Positions 17,891-25,350 of a stretch of 64,000 bases of DNA are shown piece by piece. Where the stretch lies: contig JAZNJJ010000028.1 of the NCBI GenBank assembly GCA_045577985.1, positions 133,403 through 197,402 on the forward strand, read 5' to 3'. The notes under the pieces are model-generated. The model had not been told where the DNA came from. It searched no databases and saw only the letters and a list, made by a program, of their open reading frames with translations. Both the position numbers and the translations under genes were made by a program. Each line of letters starts with the position of its first letter. The stretch's first letter is position 1. Source of the stretch: Alphaproteobacteria bacterium (lineage in GTDB: Bacteria > Pseudomonadota > Alphaproteobacteria > RF32 > CAG-239).

Positions 17891-19423
17891 TTATTTTATT
17901 GTTGTTACATTGTTTTTTACTTCATTTATAAGCTTGGAAGTTTTTAATAATTGTTGTTGTATAGCCTCCCTTATACTTGTTCCAACTTCTTGATATTGTT
18001 TAACAGGATATTTATCTCCGCCCTGTGCAATATATAAAGAGGTTAAAACTCGATATATTTTGTTTTCTTCTAAAGGTTTGCCATTTATTGTTATATTCGT
18101 AACTACCTTATTTGTTGTTGAAAATTCATATTCCAATCCCGCTACTTGTAACAATTCATTGGTTCGCTCTTTCAATGAATAATTCTTTATTCCATGTTGT
18201 ATATACTCTTTTATTTCCGCACCGCTTAATTCGATTAATACTGCTTTTGTATCATAAGGATAAACCTGAGCTAAATTTGTAAATGAGACTTGTCCCTTAC
18301 TTATTGCCTGACGAATTGCTCCGGAATTAATGAAAACAATATCAATAAGCGGAAATGCTTGTTTTAGTAAATCTGTAATTAAATCACCTATCGCACATCT
18401 CTCAGCACAATATTCTTTATTTGGACTAAAATTATAATCATTCTCGCTTTCAGCTAATGGTTTATTGAGAATCTGCTCTAAATTATGTAAAGCCTCTAAA
18501 ATAATTTGTGATGTTATTTCATCATTTGCTATATGATTATCTATCGCTTTTGTATCACCAGAAAAATTAGTTATTTTCCCATCTTTATTAAATTTTACAT
18601 TTAATACCCCTACATACTGTCCACCCATGCCTGCAGTAACTATTAGCGTTTTATCATTTATGACTAGTGGATATTTACCATCTTTAATAGATATATTTTC
18701 GTCATTGGATAATAATGAATGAGAATGACCACCAACAATTACATCTATATCTTCAACTTGTTGAGCTAACTTTATATCTTCATGTAGCCCCAAATGCGAT
18801 ACGACAACAATTATATTAGCCCCATTTTTTTGTAACTCTTTAATTTCAGAGTGTATTTTTTCATATATAGGGAAGAATTTAACGGTATCTTTTATACCTA
18901 AAGGGCTTAAATCTTCAGTAATTAAACCTATTACACCTATTTTTCTGTTATTTTTCTCTATTATCACACTTGGTTTGATTATATTTGATAAATTTGAATT
19001 GCCGATAAATTCTGTATTTGCAACTACAACAGGAACACCAAGAGCTTGTAAAAATTTTTCCGTTTCCTCTATATTATCATCAAATTCATGATTTCCTAAA
19101 CCAATGACATCATATGGCATTCGGCTCATTGTTTTTATCAGATATCTACTTTTAGTCAATGTATAAAAAGACGTACCCGTAAATCTGTCTCCGGCATCTA
19201 TTATTAGAGAATTTTCAGAACCGTCTTTCTCATTATTCAAAAATGTTACTATTCGAGCAAATCCCCCTTTACACTCATTACTATTGATATCACAATCGCC
19301 ATAATCATTGAAAGGTAATAAATGAGAATGCAAATCATTGGTATGTATGATTTTCAGTTCGTAATCCTCATTGAAGCAACCCGTTAAAAAAATAAATAAG
19401 AAAACAATTAAAATTTTTTGCAT
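17891..19423 (-). CDS. Bifunctional metallophosphatase / 5'-nucleotidase family lipoprotein (UshA-like)
   Basis: Lipobox FLTGC. Motifs HTNDLHSH, DAGDRFTG, GNHEFD and GGHSH, plus a C-terminal 5'-nucleotidase domain. I moved the start to ATG 19423 behind GGAGAA. Confidence 0.85.
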   Translation of the reverse strand: MQKILIVFLFIFLTGCFNEDYELKIIHTNDLHSHLLPFNDYGDCDINSNECKGGFARIVTFLNNEKDGSENSLIIDAGDRFTGTSFYTLTKSRYLIKTMSRMPYDVIGLGNHEFDDNIEETEKFLQALGVPVVVANTEFIGNSNLSNIIKPSVIIEKNNRKIGVIGLITEDLSPLGIKDTVKFFPIYEKIHSEIKELQKNGANIIVVVSHLGLHEDIKLAQQVEDIDVIVGGHSHSLLSNDENISIKDGKYPLVINDKTLIVTAGMGGQYVGVLNVKFNKDGKITNFSGDTKAIDNHIANDEITSQIILEALHNLEQILNKPLAESENDYNFSPNKEYCAERCAIGDLITDLLKQAFPLIDIVFINSGAIRQAISKGQVSFTNLAQVYPYDTKAVLIELSGAEIKEYIQHGIKNYSLKERTNELLQVAGLEYEFSTTNKVVTNITINGKPLEENKIYRVLTSLYIAQGGDKYPVKQYQEVGTSIREAIQQQLLKTSKLINEVKNNVTTIK

Positions 19424-19549
19424 AATTTTCTCCACTAGATGAAGAATAAAAAAATAAATTAATAAAGTAAATTTTTTTTATAATTTATTTGCAAAATATT
19501 AAATAAATAATATAAATTATGTAGATAACTTATTAAAAGGAGTATTCTT

Positions 19550-20473
19550 ATGGCAAAAAAAGATAATGAAAAAAAACAAGAAAAAATTTGTTCAACTAGT
19601 AAGTGTCCTCTATGTTTAGGATGTAAATATATTTGGAATATAAAAAAAAGATATAAAATATTATTAGCTTTTATATTACTCTTAATTGGAGGTGTATATT
19701 TTGCACTAAATACAGATTGGCAATCTATTGTTCGTTCTTTAGTTCATAAATATGGTTCTCAAGTTGTAGGAACAAGTGTTGATATCGGTAAAATAGACTT
19801 ATCTTTATTAGACGGGAAAGGTGCAGTTAGTAATATTACTGTTGCTAATCCTAAAGGATATAGTTCTGACTATATTATTAAATTAGGAAATGTTTCTGTT
19901 AATGTTGATATTAACTCAATTACAAAAAATACAATCATTATCAAAGAAATTAGAGTTGATAAACCTGAAATAACCTATGAAATGTTAACTCTTAAACAAA
20001 ATAATGTTAATGATATTTTAGCAAATATTCAAAAAAATACCGCATCAAAACCATCTGAAACGACAGAAGCTGAACCTAAAGAGAAATCTACCGGTAAACA
20101 AGTAGCAATTAAAAAAGTTGTTATTGCTGATGGTGTTGTTTCTGTTGTAAGCAATATGCTCGGCTCCTCTCAATCAATGAGTGTTAATTTACCAACCGTA
20201 ACAATTAATGATATCGGTTCTGAAAAACAAGGTGTTACAATTGAAGATGGAATCGCCAGAGTATTTAAAGAAATTCTAAATAGTACAAAAAATATTGTTG
20301 CCAGTATTGATATCAGTAAAATAGCCGGTTCTGTAAATGATTTAGCAAATAATGCTGTTGAAGGAGCCTCTGATGCTGTAAAAGGCGCAGGTAAAGCTGT
20401 TGGAGATGCTACTAAAGGAGTTAGTGATAGTGTGAAAAACTTAACCGATGGTGTGGGCGGATTATTCAAATAA
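19550..20473 (+). CDS. Membrane-anchored hypothetical protein
   Basis: 307-aa ORF with AAGGAG RBS and one N-terminal TM segment. The C-terminus has G/A/K/D-rich short repeats (GASDAVKGAGKAVGDATKGVSDSVK). No confident family call. Confidence 0.55.
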   Translation: MAKKDNEKKQEKICSTSKCPLCLGCKYIWNIKKRYKILLAFILLLIGGVYFALNTDWQSIVRSLVHKYGSQVVGTSVDIGKIDLSLLDGKGAVSNITVANPKGYSSDYIIKLGNVSVNVDINSITKNTIIIKEIRVDKPEITYEMLTLKQNNVNDILANIQKNTASKPSETTEAEPKEKSTGKQVAIKKVVIADGVVSVVSNMLGSSQSMSVNLPTVTINDIGSEKQGVTIEDGIARVFKEILNSTKNIVASIDISKIAGSVNDLANNAVEGASDAVKGAGKAVGDATKGVSDSVKNLTDGVGGLFK

Positions 20474-20488
20474 TAAAAAAGCTTTTTT

Positions 20489-20515
20489 AAGCCCCTACTA
20501 TGGGGCTTTTTTTTA
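20489..20515 (+). terminator. Intrinsic terminator
   Basis: AAGCCCC-TACTAT-GGGGCTT followed by T7. Confidence 0.8.
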
Positions 20516-20579
20516 TTGCAATTTATGAAAATAAATACTAAACATAGATTCAAAATATAAATTATTAATTTATTATCAT

Positions 20580-21284
20580 ATGAAAAAGTTTATTATTGTT
20601 TTGTTGTGTACGGTGGTAATAACGGCTATGTTAGTCTTTTTTGCTATCGAAATGAAATCATGGGTAGTGATGTCATTTGCATTGATATTTTTTGGAATAA
20701 TCTTATACATTTTGGCTTATGATCTTGTAAAAGAACGTTTGAGCCAAAATGATATTTCAAATGATAACATAGACTTACCACTACCGCTTGCGTATATTAA
20801 AGATGGCAGAATGGAGATTTTGCCGTATCTTGATGAAGCAAGAAAAGATGAAATTTGGGGTATCGTTTGTGATGATTTAATTGTTCATACACAAAAATAC
20901 TTTCATCGTTGTTGGTTGAGAGCAGTTACTCTAAGTAATATTATTTGGCTCAACGTTAATCAAAGTGCTTTTTCTTCATATTTTTGTGGAAAGCGCATTA
21001 CTGTTCCTAATGTTGATGATTTCAAAAATATCTGTGATCATTTAGACAAGTTCAAAGAAACTACGGATATTTTAAGAGAATATGGTGTATATGCTTGTTG
21101 TTTGGATGAAGTTATTTATTGGACGCAAGGTTTCAATTTTTATAATACAAAAGACGACGTCCAATGGGCTTACACTTTTAACATTAAAACTCAAGAGATT
21201 AGCGCTGAAACCCAAAATGTCGCTCTTGCTAGTGTAAACAAGTTGAAAATTTATACAATTTATGTAATGAAAACATCAGCGTAA
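20580..21284 (+). CDS. Two-TM hypothetical membrane protein
   Basis: 234-aa ORF with two N-terminal hydrophobic helices. It shares the motif YIK(D/N)GRMxI-x11-(I/L)WGI with the protein at 55577-56107. Confidence 0.55.
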   Translation: MKKFIIVLLCTVVITAMLVFFAIEMKSWVVMSFALIFFGIILYILAYDLVKERLSQNDISNDNIDLPLPLAYIKDGRMEILPYLDEARKDEIWGIVCDDLIVHTQKYFHRCWLRAVTLSNIIWLNVNQSAFSSYFCGKRITVPNVDDFKNICDHLDKFKETTDILREYGVYACCLDEVIYWTQGFNFYNTKDDVQWAYTFNIKTQEISAETQNVALASVNKLKIYTIYVMKTSA

Positions 21285-21316
21285 CAAAAAAGCGACGGAT
21301 TTCCGTCGCTTTTTTG
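21285..21316. terminator. Bidirectional intrinsic terminator
   Basis: A-run, then AGCGACGG-ATTT-CCGTCGCT, then TTTTTTG. It lies between convergent genes. Confidence 0.8.
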
Positions 21317-22066
21317 TTATTTGCAATTCTTTGGGGTAAATTTGATGATTTTTACTCTTTTTTCTTCTTTTGTTTTATCATCATTTTTACTAATTGTAAA
21401 AGGATGATTACTTCGAGAAAGATAAAGTTTTCCGTTTTTGTCTTTGTTAAGCTGGTAATAATAACCATGTGCAGAAAATCTTCCGCCGACGAATACTTCT
21501 TCTTTAAGATATGATGTAACATCTCTATCCATAAAATAATATTCATCTTCATCAAAAACAGGAAGATACTCTATCATATTATTTTCAAGCATCTTTACCC
21601 AACATGTGGTACAATACTTCTTACCATTTTCGATATCGTAGAAGTTTACCATATAGATCTCTTTGATGGGAGAAGCATCAAAATCATAGAAAGCCATGTC
21701 TTCTACGACTTTTTGTGACCATAAAGTACGCACGCTACGAATAATAGTTTTGCCATTATTCATTTTATGCAAACAATACACCCACCCATTGAAACAAAAA
21801 ACTTCACCATCTGCAATTTCATGGATTTCTTTTATATCACAGATGTCATCATCACCACTACCTTGAAACACAGGTACAAACTCCGGAAACTCAGTTTTGA
21901 TGCTTAAATCAGACCATACAAAATGAACGTTTCCATCTTCCGTTGTTAGTCTAAGCAGTGACGAGTTTGTTGCATTTTCTAGCAATAAATTAGCCATGCT
22001 TTGACAATATACAACGCATTGATCATTAGCATCACAAGATGATTGTCTTAAAGTTAATGCATTCAT
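21317..22066 (-). CDS. Hypothetical Cys-rich cytoplasmic protein, paralogue A
   Basis: 249 aa. It shares GKKYCTTCWV / GNKYITTCWC and a C-terminal ...NGKLYLSRS / ...ADKLYISKS with the next gene. Confidence 0.6.
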   Translation of the reverse strand: MNALTLRQSSCDANDQCVVYCQSMANLLLENATNSSLLRLTTEDGNVHFVWSDLSIKTEFPEFVPVFQGSGDDDICDIKEIHEIADGEVFCFNGWVYCLHKMNNGKTIIRSVRTLWSQKVVEDMAFYDFDASPIKEIYMVNFYDIENGKKYCTTCWVKMLENNMIEYLPVFDEDEYYFMDRDVTSYLKEEVFVGGRFSAHGYYYQLNKDKNGKLYLSRSNHPFTISKNDDKTKEEKRVKIIKFTPKNCK

Positions 22067-22103
22067 ATATAAAAAATTTTTAAATAATTACTTTTGTGAA
22101 TGT

Positions 22104-22131
22104 ATTGTAACAAAATACATTTTTTTGTCAA
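22104..22131 (-). promoter_or_regulatory. Near-consensus sigma70 promoter of paralogue A
   Basis: On the minus strand: TTGACA (22131-22126), 16 nt, TACAAT (22109-22104). Confidence 0.6.
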
Positions 22132-22145
22132 CTAGTAATATGTAA

Positions 22146-22171
22146 ACAAAAAAGCGAGGAAAAACCTCGCT
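22146..22171 (-). terminator. Intrinsic terminator of paralogue B
   Basis: On the minus strand, AGCGAGG-TTTTT-CCTCGCT followed by TTTTTTG, starting 2 nt after the stop. Confidence 0.75.
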
Positions 22172-22172
22172 T

Positions 22173-22892
22173 TTAACCAATTCTTATGTGAGCAATTTGC
22201 ATAGTACTTTTGGAAATATAAAGTTTATCGGCCTCATCACGTTTCAAAATATAATGAACGCTACCGGCAAAAAAACCTTCATTTTCCATAACCATTTCAG
22301 TATTTACATCGTTCACATCGTATTCTTGCAAAATCCGAGAATCTCGTAAATCTACCGGAACGAGAGAACAAATTTCTTCTTCCTCATTATCCGGATCAGA
22401 TGCATCTGCACAAAGAACACACCAGCATGTTGTTATATATTTGTTTCCTAAAATGGTGCGTATCTTGACCAAATAGGCATCTTTAACAATTTTGCCTTGT
22501 GCTACCAAAAGTGCAGATATTAAATCTTGATTAGCAAAAATTTTTACTGTATAAATGTCTATTTTTCCATCGTCAGTAGTGTTCAAAATATATGAAACTC
22601 TATTACGAAGAAAAAACTCATGTCCCGTAACACGCTGAATTGTATCATAATTAAACATCGGCCATTCGATATTTTCGAAAAAAGCAGGAAGAACACCTAC
22701 CGGTTTGTTTTTATTGATGGCGACCCAAATTAAATGGCAACCGCCGTTAATGTCTTTTATTTTGCATAAAATCACATCACCGGAAATGTTAGAATCTTTA
22801 AAATACGCTTCGGCTGTAGACTGGGTAGGAAACATACATTCCCCGAGTGCTATTTCTGAATAATCAGTTAAGCATAATACATTAGCATTCAT
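22173..22892 (-). CDS. Hypothetical Cys-rich cytoplasmic protein, paralogue B
   Basis: 239 aa; see paralogue A. Confidence 0.6.
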   Translation of the reverse strand: MNANVLCLTDYSEIALGECMFPTQSTAEAYFKDSNISGDVILCKIKDINGGCHLIWVAINKNKPVGVLPAFFENIEWPMFNYDTIQRVTGHEFFLRNRVSYILNTTDDGKIDIYTVKIFANQDLISALLVAQGKIVKDAYLVKIRTILGNKYITTCWCVLCADASDPDNEEEEICSLVPVDLRDSRILQEYDVNDVNTEMVMENEGFFAGSVHYILKRDEADKLYISKSTMQIAHIRIG

Positions 22893-22938
22893 AATTTATA
22901 GGAATTAAGGGTATCTAAAAAATTTATTATCGTCTGGA

Positions 22939-22967
22939 ATTGTAAAAAAAATTAAATTTGTTGTCAA
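22939..22967 (-). promoter_or_regulatory. Near-consensus sigma70 promoter of paralogue B
   Basis: On the minus strand: TTGACA (22967-22962), 17 nt, TACAAT (22944-22939). Confidence 0.6.
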
Positions 22968-23114
22968 ATAAAAAAAATGTGCATAATTTTTGAAAATAGT
23001 ACTTGACTTTTTTTTCAGAATATGTAAAAAGCATTTTGTATTTGCTAACGCTGTCTGTTTACATTTTGAGAAATACTACGCAACAGTACAAAATGTGGAG
23101 AGTATGTAGATACT

Positions 23115-23204
23115 GGAGAGGTGGCAGAGTGGTTTAATGCAGCGGTCTTGAAAACCGTCGAGGGTGCGAGCCCTCCCAGAGTTCGAATCTCTGCCTCTCC
23201 GCCA
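23115..23204 (+). tRNA. tRNA-Ser (anticodon TGA), long variable arm, CCA encoded
   Basis: GGAGAGG-TG-GCAGAGTGGTTTAATGC...GCGGT-CTTGAAA-ACCGT-(variable arm CGAGGGTGCGAGCCCTCC)-CAGAGTTCGAATCTCTG-CCTCTCC-G-CCA. Confidence 0.9.
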
Positions 23205-23217
23205 ATTGTTGTAAAAA

Positions 23218-23249
23218 AAGCACCCGTTTCGGGTGTTTTTTTGTTTTTT
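23218..23249 (+). terminator. Intrinsic terminator after tRNA-Ser
   Basis: GCACCCG-TTT-CGGGTGT followed by TTTTTTTGTTTTTT. Confidence 0.8.
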
Positions 23250-23505
23250 AATAATATCTATATTGCTGATGGTTTAGGAGTGAATTATTTTGAACTAATT
23301 GCTCAAGGCGAATTTTTTGGCGGATAAACTCTTCTATTCCCTCATTTCTAATGCATCGCATTTGTGAATCAGGATGTTGTTGGCGCAACTTTACAATAAA
23401 CTCTATAAATGTTTCGTTTCCCGCAAACTCACATGTCGGATTATCTTTGTGCGGATAAAAAGCAGCAATCTTATCATCAACGTGCAAAATATAAATATGT
23501 TTCAT
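23248..23505 (-). CDS. Small hypothetical protein
   Basis: 85-aa ORF with a G-rich SD-like GGGGG upstream. No homology recognised. Confidence 0.4.
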   Translation of the reverse strand: MKHIYILHVDDKIAAFYPHKDNPTCEFAGNETFIEFIVKLRQQHPDSQMRCIRNEGIEEFIRQKIRLEQLVQNNSLLNHQQYRYY

Positions 23506-23829
23506 GTTTGCCCCCGCCGTATGTTTTTATATTTTTAATATAATACCGATGAAATTATTTTTATACTGCTTATATAAGTGGATTTAGGTTTTATAATATA
23601 AATAACAAAGAGAGCTTGATTTTATACGTCAAAGTTATTATTTAAACGAAGCTATTGATTGGAATATAATACAACTCCCAACATCCAAAATTTCATGCTT
23701 AGTTTTATTGGTTATAAATATAATTATAATACTTGTCTCTTATGATATTCTAAATTCAATATAATATCATTATTTCTACATAATAATTCTGTTACAAATA
23801 GAATTATTAATATAGTTTCTATCATATAT

Positions 23830-24495
23830 TTACTTTATTATTTTTTCTTGATATATGTACTGAGCAATTTTAAAATCCTCTTCAGTATCAATATCAATCA
23901 AATTTGCATCAGTATTATATAAATAAGAATTGCGACCTATATTATAATAGCATTGATTGAGCATTTCTCTTTTCATGCAGAAACAAGCCCACGTTACCAA
24001 ATAATAAGATGGCAATTCTTGACTTATTTTATGCCAATATCCAAAATTAAAATTTATGGGCATTCCATATTCATTTAAAATATGATGCCTTAATTTTTGT
24101 ACAACTGTTAATGAATCGTATTGTTCATATACTTGTTCCCATTTATTCATTACTTGTTTGAATTCATCAAATAATGGTTGAGTTACTTGAACCCACATTA
24201 TATCTGCGTCATTATCTATTTTTGTAACTATATCTTTAATAACTTCTGACCATGGAGCACTGTTAGGTGTTAATTTTATATCTCTATGCAAAAAATTAAA
24301 TCCATATTTTTCAATTTCATTTCTAACATTATTATCTTCACAAGAAACAAAGATATCTTCTGGAGCAAAAACTTTTAATAACTGTTTTGCCTTTATATCA
24401 AACAAACTATTTTTTCCAATAAATGGTCTTAAATTTTTATTAGCCACTCTTGTGGAGTTAGTTTTTAGAGGTATTGCTACTTTAATTTTGTTCAT
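23830..24495 (-). CDS. Acylneuraminate cytidylyltransferase-family (CMP-sugar synthetase-like) protein
   Basis: MNKIKVAIPLKTNSTRVANKNLRPF resembles the N-terminal P-x-K-x2-S-x-R-x3-KN motif of CTP_transf_3 enzymes. I moved the start to ATG 24495 behind GGAGAA, which overlaps the upstream gene by 14 nt. Confidence 0.6.
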   Translation of the reverse strand: MNKIKVAIPLKTNSTRVANKNLRPFIGKNSLFDIKAKQLLKVFAPEDIFVSCEDNNVRNEIEKYGFNFLHRDIKLTPNSAPWSEVIKDIVTKIDNDADIMWVQVTQPLFDEFKQVMNKWEQVYEQYDSLTVVQKLRHHILNEYGMPINFNFGYWHKISQELPSYYLVTWACFCMKREMLNQCYYNIGRNSYLYNTDANLIDIDTEEDFKIAQYIYQEKIIK

Positions 24496-25348
24496 TTTTA
24501 TTCTCCAATATTTCAACTTCATCAGGGTTTATCTCTGGATGGTCAGTCAAATATTCTTTAGTATAAAGATCTCTAAATAATCCTTTTAATCCAACAGGAT
24601 TGACTGAAATAATTTCTGTATCAGGGTAAAACTTTTGTGAAAAGTCTTTAAAAAAAGTCCATGCTTCAAATTGATCTGAACAATCTCTCTCAGGTTGAAC
24701 CTTTTTAAAGTGTCCATTGCTAGAACAATCACAACCAATCAAAAATATTTTTTTTGCGCATCCCCATAAAATAAATTGCAATGCTGCAAATGATATTGGA
24801 ATTGCTGGAATAGGTTGTGTTGAAATATCGTTTGTAAATATCACTGTATTTTCGTAATATGTAGTGTCATAAACATATCTCTCTGCATTTGCTTTAATTG
24901 CATGATAATCTGGTATATTCATAATAGAAAACGAACCATAATGTAACTGCCCGTAAAATTTTTTGCACGTATCTGGTCTATATAAGTTCATCTCATTTAT
25001 ATATGACTTTACAACAGAATAATCTTGTGCAAATAAATAATCTAGTTTAATTTTCTCATTTAAAAAAGCCGCATTCACACCAACATATATCCCTTCGGGA
25101 TCATCAGGTACAAAATATTGTAATGTTGGACCTGTTGCAATCAAATATACATTCTTATCTATAAAAATACCTCTATATTTAGAAAATGTTTTTTGATGTA
25201 ACATGCAAGTCTGATTATTAACCTTTAATAAATGATGTATATGTCGCCATGTAACTGTTTTTTGTTCAAAAGAATCAATTTTTTTCTCAAGCGAAGAAAT
25301 CTTATCTATTAAAATCTGAATCAAATTAAAATTATCTTTATCACTCAT
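24482..25348 (-). CDS. DUF115 / MptE-like (motility-accessory-factor-type) putative nonulosonate transferase
   Basis: LIATGPTLQYF, YLFAQDYS and KKIFLIGCDCS resemble the conserved blocks of Maf/DUF115 proteins. This is a family call from motif memory only. Confidence 0.5.
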   Translation of the reverse strand: MSDKDNFNLIQILIDKISSLEKKIDSFEQKTVTWRHIHHLLKVNNQTCMLHQKTFSKYRGIFIDKNVYLIATGPTLQYFVPDDPEGIYVGVNAAFLNEKIKLDYLFAQDYSVVKSYINEMNLYRPDTCKKFYGQLHYGSFSIMNIPDYHAIKANAERYVYDTTYYENTVIFTNDISTQPIPAIPISFAALQFILWGCAKKIFLIGCDCSSNGHFKKVQPERDCSDQFEAWTFFKDFSQKFYPDTEIISVNPVGLKGLFRDLYTKEYLTDHPEINPDEVEILENKNEQN

Positions 25349-25350
25349 GT

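Noticed and set aside
23205-23300. An integrative-element boundary (att site) at tRNA-Ser.
   Set aside because: No integrase or excisionase gene was found. I also could not find a direct repeat of the tRNA 3' end at the far side of the accessory block near 38.1 kb. The island idea is kept only as a low-confidence inference.
23506-23829. A 10-bp inverted repeat TAATAATTCT/AGAATTATTA (about 23781-23809) just 3' of the glycan operon.
   Set aside because: It is an A+T-only stem with no U-run, in extremely A+T-rich DNA, so it is likely fortuitous or at best a weak terminator.
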